DNA from: Octopus bimaculoides | Taxonomy: Eukaryota | Length of the DNA stretch: 60,288 bases | Direction: 5' to 3' | Assembly (NCBI RefSeq): GCF_001194135.2 | Contig: NC_068988.1 | Location: 44,584,571 to 44,644,858, forward strand | Shown: positions 1-10,930 of the stretch, in pieces | How positions within the stretch are numbered: the stretch's first letter is position 1 | Layout: every line of letters starts with the position of its first letter | Position numbers and translations under genes: made by a program | Notes under the pieces: generated by a model | Told to the model about the DNA's origin: nothing | The model's input: the letters and a program-made list of their open reading frames with translations, nothing else | Databases searched by the model: none

Positions 1-39
<39 letters not shown>

Positions 40-270
40 TAATTTTTAAATAAGGATTACTGAATATGGTGGTCAAGCAGAGCCAAATCATTATTCTTCA
101 ACTCATGTAACAGTCAGTATTCTCAATTTTGCATTGGTGCTTTTTTTGCTTGACACATGTGGCAAAGGGAAAATCAAAATAGTGACTTCAGAAGACAGAG
201 CTTTGGATAGAATTATAAAATTACAAAATTATCTCTTCTATCTATCTATCTATCTATCTATATGTTTGCA

Positions 271-374
<104 letters not shown>

Positions 375-544
375 CAAACATACATACATATATATATATA
401 TTCATCTATATGTCTCTCATCAGAGTTAATCTAAGGGATTTATAAAAGGGTTATTTAAGTCTTAAAGTGTTAAGCAACATGAGAAATTTAAGAATTTTTA
501 AAAATCGAATGCTGTGTTGGAAGAAACTGTTCTTTCTTTGGTTT

Positions 545-706
545 TTCTTTTCTTTTTTCTTTTACTTGTTTCAGTCATCTGACTGCGGCCATGCTGGAGC
601 ACCACTATTTAGTCGAGCAAATCAACCCCAGGACTTATTCGTTGTAAGCCTAGTACTTATTCTATCAGTCTCTTTTGTCGAACCACTTCTTATTCTACAT
701 GGGATG
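545..706 (-). mobile_element. SINE family A 3' fragment
   Basis: ttacttgtttcagtcatctgactgcggccatgctggagcacc...gaaccact. Other fragments at 15661-15827, 38620-38800, 44790-45010 and 52145-52315. Confidence 0.8.
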
Positions 707-1639
707 CTTCTTATTTCCAGTTTTTCTCTTAAGGCCCTTACACACTGTTGTACATAAGTATATAAATATTACATGAATATAGGGAACTCATTCTAGCTTA
801 TATTATGTTTTAAAGTGATACAATTTAACATGACTATCATCATCATCATCATCATCATTCAACATCTGTTGTCCATTGCTGGCATGGGTTGGACAGTGTG
901 ACCAGAGCTAGTAAGCCAGGGGCTGCACCAAACTCCGGTCTGAATTGGTATGGTTTCTACAGCTGGTTGCCCTTCCTAATGCCCTTCCAATTTACAGAGT
1001 GTGCTGGATGCTTTTATGTGGCACTCCACAGGCACTTGTATATGACACCACACATGCACTTTTACATGTTGCCACACAGGTGCTTTTACGTGTCGCTGCA
1101 TGTGTGTTTTTATGTGGCACCACACAGGCAATTTTACATGTCACTGCTATGAGTGCTTTACACAGCCAGAAGTAGAAGACCTATCTGCCTAAAACTCCAG
1201 GAAACACTAGTGTGTAGTGTATAATAATAATTAGTGAAAATCCAGAAGTGTGAGGCAACTAAGATTTAATTCCATATTGTTCCAGCTGTTTCAAAATCTA
1301 CTTTCAGTTGCATCGCTGACACAGATTTAAAGTTACATACACATTGCATTCATTTCACATGCACCTTATACACATATAAGGTGAAATCCAATTGAAAGGC
1401 TTCTGGATGGTTTCTGTCTAACGAAATTTATTCACAAAGCTACAGTGAAGATTCTGGCCAAAATGTTATACAATGGAATCGAAGCCATGACACCAGAGTT
1501 GCCAAGCAAACATGTTAACCAGTCATTCATGCATGTATCGATATATGTATATATATACATATATATATACATATACACACACACACACATATATATATAC
1601 ACACACATACACATATATATATACATATAAACATATATC

Positions 1640-1686
<47 letters not shown>

Positions 1687-1930
1687 GTACACACATGTAT
1701 ATTCTCTCTTTCTCATACATATGTATACACTGATACATTTGTGAATTTCTTGGTGTACTCGTTAAGTTAGCTTCCTTCTTCAGCTAAATGCTATGACTTA
1801 CATTGCTTTTTATTTCTCCCCAATAAGAGGAGTGTATGAAAACATTGTCGATTGTTATATGTATGCATATGAGAATGGAAGACAGTAGTTTGTGACAATG
1901 CAAGAGAAAAAGTGTATGTTTGATAGAGAC

Positions 1931-1978
<48 letters not shown>

Positions 1979-1980
1979 AT

Positions 1981-2015
<35 letters not shown>

Positions 2016-2483
2016 CGGGGGTTGGAAAAAGACAGACGAAGCTTGTTAGAGAGTTGGTTCAAAGGAGGTAGATAGTATATGTGAAACAGTAGCAGCTAAT
2101 GAGAAGGAAAAACAGAAGTCACTATCAAGAAGTAGTTAATTTATCAAGAAAAGGTAGTGTGAGAGATGAAATAATGCATTAATGACAAAATGAAAGAAAA
2201 AGACAGATTTGCTTCAAAGAGAGAGAGAGGGAGAGAGAGAGAGAGTGGGTAAGAAAGAAAGAGAAAGAGAGAAGCAGAGGTTTATTAATGTTTCTATATA
2301 ATTTTTAGGGTTATTTTTTGAAAGGCATTTTATGTTATGGTTAGACCAATTAACCATCAATTTGATACTGAATCAGCAATGGTTACATGAATCTCAGTAT
2401 TATCTTTCTCTTTTGTTTGTTTCTTCTCTTTTTCTGGTATATTCTAGTTGTAATTTCCGTTTAATTTTTTAAAATCTATACAG

Positions 2484-2554
2484 AATATCTCCACTCTCCT
2501 CCACCACAAATAGCTACTGTTGAAATCAATGAATAATGATTCTACATTTCGAGT
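2484..2554 (+). CDS. Candidate exon, possibly with a start codon at 2529 (MNNDSTFR-V, phase 2)
   Basis: tttttaaaatctatacag acceptor and GAGT|gtaagt donor. An alternative reading is a terminal peptide YLHSPPPQIATVEINE*. No homology recognised. Confidence 0.35.
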
Positions 2555-2869
2555 GTAAGTAAATTTATTGACTTCAATATTGGCCTAATTATATAATTTC
2601 CTGTATGTATAGAAAATCTTACATTCTCTAGAACTGGAGTCTTTTGTTCTTACAAGATGAAATGAGCTTCTTCAAAGAATGAAGAGATATAGTGCTTGCT
2701 CATTTACAAAATGCAACTGTTTTTTTCTCATCTATTTTGAAGTCATTATCAGCTTGATGATAAATATCCATCCACACAAAGAACTTTATTTATTTATTAT
2801 CTGTACTTTCTGTCTACATCTGAGATGAGCTATTTCTAGTGAATGACTAGAGTTATACATATTGTCATA

Positions 2870-3180
2870 CTCAGACAAGTCAGTCTGTCCTTCATATGTC
2901 TACGCATTGAGTATAAGTTTTTCTCCAGTGTCCTCAATCAGTTGTGTGATCTTCCACGTTTCCCCAATATCTCTTGTTAGTTTTCAGGATTTCCAGAACG
3001 GTTTGGAACCATGTAGCCTATAGTGTGGTCTTCTCTGTCTTCTCCTTACTCCAGCTGGTGTCCATTTTAGTGCTATTTTTCCATACCAATGACTTTACTG
3101 CTGCAAGATATGACCAGCCAGTACCAGCAGTGATGCACTGGGTCTAAAAATATTGGTTGCCGGGAGACAAAGGGGACCCA
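2870..3180 (-). mobile_element. RTE-clade LINE 3' fragment
   Basis: AGHIL...KIALKWTPAGVRRRQRRP...ATWFQTVLE...D*GHWRKL matches the RTE C-terminal pattern GHxxR..WxP.G.R.RGRP..W..DR..WR. Confidence 0.75.
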
Positions 3181-3695
3181 ATCGCAACTACAATGCTATC
3201 ACTTAATTTTCATTGGCCATTTACATACTAGCATGGGCCCCCCATATATAGACTCTAATGCCATTGGGCAAGCTGACAACCTAGCCAGTCCACTACTGAG
3301 TAACAATCTTCATTCTATCTCTGTCAGACATTTTAAATATAATATAATATGATATATGATATAATATATGATATAATATAGTGTAACATATCATCATTAT
3401 CCTCACCACCACCACCACCACCACCACCACCACAACCATATTGTAGGTAAGCAAAAGAAAAATAATGTATTCACACGGTTGGTCAACTCTGTACCCGATA
3501 GAATTTCAAGCTTAAAGTAAAATTAAAATATTTGGCAATTCATTATTTTTCTTTTGCTTACCTAAAATATCGTGTGTTATTTCTTGGAGATTTTAAGGTG
3601 GTAATAGAAGCTTTAGCGTCTATTTCTAGCAGTGCATAGTGAAGCGTAAACCCAACCCCTTGTTATAATTATGTATATAATTATAAAATATTTTG

Positions 3696-3746
<51 letters not shown>

Positions 3747-4118
3747 NNNNNNNNNNNNNNNNNNNNNNNNNNNNNNNNNNNNNNNNNNNNNNNNNNNNNN
3801 NNNNNNNNNNNNNNNNNNNNNNNNNNNNNNNNNNNNNNNNNNNNNNNNNNNNNNNNNNNNNNNNNNNNNNNNNNNNNNNNNNNNNNNNNNNNNNNNNNNN
3901 NNNNNNNNNNNNNNNNNNNNNNNNNNNNNNNNNNNNNNNNNNNNNNNNNNNNNNNNNNNNNNNNNNNNNNNNNNNNNNNNNNNNNNNNNNNNNNNNNNNN
4001 NNNNNNNNNNNNNNNNNNNNNNNNNNNNNNNNNNNNNNNNNNNNNNNNNNNNNNNNNNNNNNNNNNNNNNNNNNNNNNNNNNNNNNNNNNNNNNNNNNNN
4101 NNNNNNNNNNNNNNNNNN

Positions 4119-4149
<31 letters not shown>

Positions 4150-4150
4150 G

Positions 4151-4189
<39 letters not shown>

Positions 4190-4303
4190 TAGGGTAAGAT
4201 TAATTAATTAATCAGTTAATTGATTAATAATTAATAATTTTACCAAGTAGTCAGTACGTAAAAATAACCTTTATAGGTGAATTGTATAAAATATTCCATA
4301 ATT

Positions 4304-4459
4304 ATAAATATAATTATAATCAAGGGTCAGCTAATTGCTTCGCCATGCACCGTTATTGCCTCAGAGATACTTATGGTAGTTGAAATGGCATTAGCTTCTA
4401 TTTCTAATTTCGGTATGTGGCGAAGCAATTAGCTGACCCCTGATTATAATTATATTTAT
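4304..4459. repeat. 42-bp inverted repeat with one mismatch and a 72-bp spacer
   Basis: ataaatataattataatcaagggtcagctaattgcttcgcca (4304-4345) versus tggcgaagcaattagctgacccctgattataattatatttat (4418-4459). Confidence 0.9.
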
Positions 4460-4480
4460 GTATATAATTACAGAATATTT

Positions 4481-4543
<63 letters not shown>

Positions 4544-4562
4544 ATATGTATGTATATGTGTT

Positions 4563-4596
<34 letters not shown>

Positions 4597-4719
4597 TATA
4601 GTAGACTTACTTGCAAAAAAGGACGTGTGCATTCAATAATGTAATAATACAAAGAATATATATACATGTATACACACATATATGTACATACTTACATCTA
4701 CATGTGTATATACATGCAT

Positions 4720-4899
4720 ATCAGGGTACAGGACGTTAGAACAATAAACTACAGACAACGGAACGAACACATAGGAAAACGGAAAGCCACTTGGAATATC
4801 CCTTCATCAGCTGTCTCTATTCTATCTAGACGTTTCGAAGACAAGACAGAACGTACTCTAGAATAGTCTCTTCCTGAGTAGTGGATCAACCCACTAATG
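4720..4899 (-). mobile_element. Penelope-type terminal repeat with twin degenerate hammerhead-like motifs (copied at 5355-5533)
   Basis: Minus strand reads CTCAGGA-agagac...gtcttc-GAAACGTC, then gacag-CTGATGA-aggg...ttc-TAACGTC-ctgt. A homologous copy lies at 28990-29160 (+). Confidence 0.45.
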
Positions 4900-5132
4900 N
4901 NNNNNNNNNNNNNNNNNNNNNNNNNNNNNNNNNNNNNNNNNNNNNNNNNNNNNNNNNNNNNNNNNNNNNNNNNNNNNNNNNNNNNNNNNNNNNNNNNNNN
5001 NNNNNNNNNNNNNNNNNNNNNNNNNNNNNNNNNNNNNNNNNNNNNNNNNNNNNNNNNNNNNNNNNNNNNNNNNNNNNNNNNNNNNNNNNNNNNNNNNNNN
5101 NNNNNNNNNNNNNNNNNNNNNNNNNNNNNNNN

Positions 5133-5177
<45 letters not shown>

Positions 5178-5196
5178 ATATGTATGTATATGTGTT

Positions 5197-5230
<34 letters not shown>

Positions 5231-5658
5231 TATAGTAGACTTACTTGCAAAAAAGGACGTGTGCATTCAATAATGTAATAATACAAAGAATATATATACA
5301 TGTATACACACATATATGTACATACTTACATCTACATGTGTATATACATGCATATCAGGGTACAGGACGTTAGAACAATAAACTACAGACAACGGAACGA
5401 ACACATAGGAAAACGGAAAGCCACTTGGAATATCCCTTCATCAGCTGTCTCTATTCTATCTAGACGTTTCGAAGACAAGACAGAACGTACTCTAGAATAG
5501 TCTCTTCCTGAGTAGTGGATCAACCCACTAATGTAGTAGAGTACAGCATAAAACTCATCCACCTTCAGATTCCACCCTGTGCTAGACTCTAGTAGTATTA
5601 TATGTACTTCCAGGGTTGTGTTTGGGCATGTCATGTGAATAAATAATTTTAAAAATTT

Positions 5659-6075
5659 GAAGTCAACAAGTAGGGGTATGGTTGAACATTTATTTTTTAA
5701 TCACTACAGTTTTTTTGATGCAACATTGTTCTCCCGGTGTGCAGGTACTTGATTAGATAACTGTTTCCCTGCATTATGAGAATTAGTTGTGTTTCCTCAG
5801 GTGATATGTGAATATTGTCTCTGTAAGTTCACATTCTTGGCTTCAAGAACATCCTTTCTGTCTGTCATGGCCTGAATTTAGTAGTAGTCACTGAGTTTAT
5901 CATGGTGAATTGTTGCTGAAGGACAATTATCACCTGAGAAAACACAACTAGATCTCATAATGCCGGGAAACAGTTGCATAATCAAGTACCTGCATGCCTG
6001 GTGAACTATGTTGCATGGAAACAATTGTAGTGATTAAAAAATGAATGTCCAACTGTACTCCTTCTTGTTGACTCC
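5659..6075. mobile_element. MITE-like element with ~148-bp inverted arms
   Basis: 5659-5806 is the reverse complement of 5928-6075, about 80% identity by eye (gaagtcaacaag.../...cttgttgactcc, gcaggtacttgatt/aatcaagtacctgc). Confidence 0.75.
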
Positions 6076-6189
6076 AAATTATTTCAATTATACATATACT
6101 ATTAGATAATAAATCGTATAGTATAAACCTGGTAGCTTACTGGTAAAGCATGTTCACTTTCACAGTGTTTGTTGGGTATTTGATTAATG

Positions 6190-6470
6190 AGAGAGAATGA
6201 AAGATGGAAGATACAAGAATGTTTATGGATCACTCATCCACCACCAACCTCTCATGAGATTTGCTGCTTTTGCATACACATACTGAGAATAAAAACTGTG
6301 GAACAGACATTATTTTAATGAAACACATCTCGTCATCCCCTGAAGAGACACATCTACACTGACAGATACTCCTAAGCCAGTTGTGGAGTATCCCACTCAT
6401 GAAGGATCGATGCTAGATGGGTTGAAACAATCGTAGAGATCAATAAACATTCTCATATCTTGCATCTTCT
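6190..6470 (+). mobile_element. Penelope-like element 3' end / terminal repeat remnant with a degenerate hammerhead motif
   Basis: RWKIQECLWI resembles a PLE GIY-YIG C-terminus. It is followed by GAAAC..GTC..CTGAAGA (6320-6347), a perfect 8-bp hairpin gatactcc/ggagtatc (6365-6392), and CTCATGA...GAAAC-aatc-GTA-gagat (6396-6440). Confidence 0.45.
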
Positions 6471-6788
6471 GTCTCCCTCATTAAACGAATAAATATCATC
6501 ATCATCATCCTCATCATCTTGGCATGAGCTGGATGGTTTGACAGGACCTGACTACATTAGACTCCAGTGATTGTTTTGGCATAGTTTCTATGGATGGGTT
6601 TCCATTCTATTGGCAACAACTTCAAGATGCTAATATTTATTCCCACTTAAATGTGGATGTTCTGTTAGATCAAACTTTGCTGTGGTAGATACAATGAAAG
6701 AAACTCTCACATAGGCTTTTGGGGCCAAACACATGCTTGTTTATATTGCTAGCAGGGACATAAATCCCTACCAACTCCAGCACCTAGA

Positions 6789-6835
6789 CCACCAGATCAT
6801 GTGATTTTGACTTCCCTTGGTCTCATCAGTGATGG
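6789..6835 (-). ncRNA. Type I hammerhead ribozyme with a core lesion (G12 to A)
   Basis: Minus strand reads ccatca CTGATGA gac-caagggaa-gtc AAAA tc-acat-ga TC tggtgg. All three stems pair, and stem I extends through a bulge (agcagccaag-tgt / t-ctaggtgct), but GAAA reads AAAA. Confidence 0.7.
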
Positions 6836-7145
6836 ACACTTGGCTGCTAGAGATAGCAATGACTCACCTCCCTGCCAGGGATATATAGAAGATCAGTGCC
6901 AGAACTGGTGCTGGAGTTATGATTAACCAGTAAGCTTGTTAGAAAACATATATTAGTGAGAGAAGCGGTATTAAAACAACTAAGAAGTAACATTTATTCC
7001 CACTGAAACATGGATGCTCTGTTAGAATGAACTTTACTGTAGTATATATCATGTGAGAAACTCTCATATAAGTTTTTAGTGCAAAATACATGGGTATTTA
7101 TATCACTAGTGGGGAGATTAATCCTCACCATCTTCAGTACCATAA

Positions 7146-7192
7146 CCATCAGATCGTATGATTTCAATCTATCTTGTTCTCATCAGTGATGA
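7146..7192 (-). ncRNA. Type I hammerhead ribozyme, core intact, stem II weakened
   Basis: Minus strand reads tcatca CTGATGA gaac-aagata-gatt GAAA tc-atac-ga TC tgatgg. Stem I is 6 bp (one G-U), stem III is AUC/GAU with a 4-nt loop, and the AUC cleavage triplet puts the cut between 7152 and 7151. Stem II has an A-A mismatch and a G-U pair. Confidence 0.75.
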
Positions 7193-7390
7193 ACGTTCAA
7201 CTGCTAGAGATAGCAGTGATTCACCTCACCACCAGCGATATACAGACAGTCAGTTCTGAACAGGCACTGGTGTCATGATTAGCCAGTAGAGGGTACTGGG
7301 TGGTTTTTTTAGTGTAACCAACACCAATGGGATTGCTCAGTAGCTCACAAGATAATACCCCTTGATTGAGGGGATATATGTATATACACA

Positions 7391-7435
<45 letters not shown>

Positions 7436-7523
7436 CACAACACTCACCTATAGACAGTTAGATACATAGAGAGTGAGATGTAGAAAGTGGGAGATGGGAC
7501 AGGGAGAGGGAGGCGGTAGGGAA

Positions 7524-7571
<48 letters not shown>

Positions 7572-10500
7572 ATACACACACATATTTATAAACACTGTTA
7601 ATTCTGATTGTATTGGAGTTCATTCTATGAACCATCTGATATGCATATATTTGTTATTTCATTTTGTTTGCAATAATGGTAAATTATTCATAGCTAAATC
7701 ATTTGGTAAGAAGATATTAAATATTAGATTATTTTTTTACACTCTGGCATCTTTGATTTTAAAAATGGTGATTTTCTGCAAACCCCAGTTTATCTTTTGT
7801 AATGCATTACATCTTCTGTCAGTGATTTTCTCCTGGATTCAACTTATATTATATTTTTCTACATATTGATAATTTAGTGTTCATTTATCCAACATGCCAC
7901 ATGTTGTGCAAATGTTAATTCAGATACACATAGATATATATATTGAATATATACATGTTATATTAAATAACATAAAATATATAATATCCAGATGACACTC
8001 CCTGACAGAAATTTTATTAACTTCCTCATTACTTACATGTGAAAAAACAACAACAAAAAAACACATGCGTTATATTTTCTTGTAGTTGCATAGGCAAATA
8101 TGTTTACGTCAAACCCAGCCTGTCAATGAGTTAAATATAATTTGCCTAATAATTTTCTGTCAGATTTTTACTGAAATCCCATTATAAATCTTGAAAGATT
8201 TGAAAACTTTAAATATTGCCATCTTTAACAGACATTGAAAGAAAAAGAAAAAAAAAATGTAGTGAAAGAAAAAAGTCATTGAATATGTTTTTGTGTAGAA
8301 ATAGTCTTTTGAAAATAACTCATTTAGTTTAGTCATATTGAAATGTATTCAGTTTAAATTATTTAGAATAATGCCTAAATATGTTCCTTTGACAGTATTG
8401 CATGTGTTTTTTATGTTTAACTTCATTTTTATTGCTGTTTCTTTTTCTATCTTAAACCAATTTGTATTTAAATGGCAAAATCTGTAAAAGAAATGGAAAG
8501 AAAACATAGAAAACTGTTTAAAAACAATATTGCATACTTGAGGTGGGGTGAAATTAATGCTTGTAGAAGCTTGACTCTCTTTTCTTTCAAAATAAAGCAA
8601 AATATCGACTGAGCATTTTTGAAGTGTTGAGGAATTAAACATTATTCCATAGAAGTAACTTTTTGTTTTTTAGAAAAATTAATAAAGAAGGAAATTTAAA
8701 TGTAGCAGTGAAAGTGATGAGTCAGTGTCTCCTCTTGTTTAAATGAGGAATTATTTCTTTTGTTTTTAGAATTCATTTTTAAAATAATGGAGACATTTGA
8801 CCTAAATTTCAATGTCTAAAGCAAACAAATTTAACGTGATTACATTTAGCAGAAATCAACATGGAAGAGAGAGACAAACTTTCAAAAGGAAATCATGTCC
8901 AGGAGGAATGAAATGTTCTGATAATGAGAAAAATCAGGACTTTCAGCAAATGTTATTCTAAAGATTTCAGAGCACAAATTGACTAATTCTTCAAATTGAT
9001 TTTTAATCCTGAACTCCTTCCCTAGAGATATAATGGAAACACTCTTCCACTCCACCAAAAAAAACAAAAAAAAGAAAAAAAAAACAAAAGCAAAAAATAC
9101 CAGCAACAACAACAAAAACAACATGTGCACAACATTGAAGAAAGTTAAAATTGTCATATTTTGCCTTGTGTTTCCAATAGTTTGGAAGGTTCTTTTAATA
9201 TGGAAACCCATTTACCATATTTACTTAGATCGGTCTGTTTTATCAGGGAACTAACATACATTCTCTTGACAATACTTCACTGAATCACTCTGAGTTTTTA
9301 GTTCATTGACTTTGGATCTCATGAGAAAGATGAGGTCAGACGATGCATGATCCAGCAAACCCATTTCACTGCCAGTCATCACTTTCTTTTGAGGATCATT
9401 CACTGAACCATGCCCTTCATATGAATTTTTTTCATCTCACTGGTAATGAATTTTGGCATAAAATTGTTGCCAGAATAATCACCATTTTACATCAAAGCAA
9501 ATCTATCGTTTGATTTTTACTACTTATAACTTATAGCAGTTGCAGCATGGTTTGATGCATTTTGGCAGGTTCATCTGTCAACCGAATATTAGGAGCTTAG
9601 TCATAGAACTGCTGTAAATGGCCATTAACCAGAGAAAGCTATGTGTGCTTTAATTTGTCATTCCAAAAAGAAAAAGAAAAATGAACCCTGGGCCAAGTGA
9701 GATGTAAAATCTGTTAAGGAATGTGATTTCCCATGAAATCTATTAAGAGTAGAGACAAATAAAATGTCCTTTCCATTGAAAGAGGGTTCTTATCTTAGAC
9801 ATAGGAGAATTTTGCTTGTTCAGAAAATTCTTGTTTTGTTTTTGTTCTATTTTATTGCAACCCCGTTTCACGAAATGACTAATTCTTGCTCGAAAATAGA
9901 AATAACAGGAAGGAAAAAAGAATGTAAAGCATAACAGCCATGTTACAACACAAGAATTTCCCATGGAATTATTTTGAAAGAAATTGGTAAGGGGGAAATA
10001 TTTAACCCTCCCAAAAGAAATTTATTTTTTATTTGTATATTTATTTTCATAATTAAATTTTGAAATTAAATTTCTTTATGAAAAATTCTTAATAATCTTG
10101 AAATATTTTGAAATGGAAATTAAATAATTTGAATGTATTTTTATATAGTTTTAATCAATTAAATTCAATGCATTTGGATTCTAAGATCAATGCTTGTAAA
10201 TCATTTTTTTATGTATAAAACAAATTCTTATATTTTTAAAAACCAAAGTATTTGAAAAATGAAAAAGTTTAAACATTCTCAGATTCATTTTATTTCTATC
10301 CTTCCTGGAATAGTTTCAATGAGTCAAAAGTTAAGAATTCCAATATTAAAATGCTAATGCAAAGAAATTAATTTTTCTTTTGATTTACAATTCCAATTTT
10401 GATGACCACTCAGATAAAACATTAGCCCGGTCCTTATTTGATATCTTGTAAGTCTGGGTGGTCTTGCCATTGTGGTTTAAGCCCAAGTATTGTACAAATC

Positions 10501-10820
10501 TATGATCAATAGCATTCCAGATCTGACTAGCCAATCATTTTTTGTAGGCATAATAAATCTAGAACTATATTATCCATTATAATCTTCCTTTCTTAGGATA
10601 ACAAAGTGTGATATGAGGGAGATGTAGCTGCTATTTCTGTCAGAGTGAGCAATCCACCAGGGGCTTCCACATTGACTTGGAGTAGTCTTCAGTTTAGTGA
10701 TGAAATGATTGAGTAGATAATATTTTAAACTGAACATCCTTAGATAAGGTTTTCAAGCCAGCTCTTTGTGTTTTGTTGTTTCTGAGAAGTAATTTAACTT
10801 TTTTTCTTTCTTTCATGTAG

Positions 10821-10930
10821 GAAGCATACAAACAGGCTTTCCAGATTTATCTGTGTTTAACCCACATCCTGTTTATGAGAAGATTAATCTCTTACATGTC
10901 TCCTGACCCAATGGATAATTATGATTAGTA
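10821..10930 (+). other. Strong 3' splice site; possible terminal exon
   Basis: ttttttctttctttcatgtag|G. All frames close within ~110 nt (for example SIQTGFPDLSVFNPHPVYEKINLLHVS*). No donor seen. Confidence 0.25.

Larger units (their letters stand above)
6630..7292 (-). mobile_element. Tandem 357-bp repeat (about 1.9 units), one hammerhead ribozyme per unit; candidate non-LTR retrozyme
   Basis: Units ~6630-6932 and ~6987-7290 align (atttattcccact..., gaaactctca..., ctcatcagtgatg..., ctgctagagatagca(a/g)tga..., atgatta(a/g)ccagta). The hammerhead cores are exactly 357 bp apart. Confidence 0.75.

Noticed and set aside
4497-5533. Identical ~400-bp direct repeat (4497-4899 and 5133-5533)
   Set aside because: The copies are base-identical and flank an N gap, typical of overlapping contig ends left unmerged. 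Treated as an assembly artefact, so its ribozyme-like motifs are counted once.
8880-9660. Faint mariner-like words (TGxE, SPDF)
   Set aside because: Motifs too degenerate, strand ambiguous and no TIR found.
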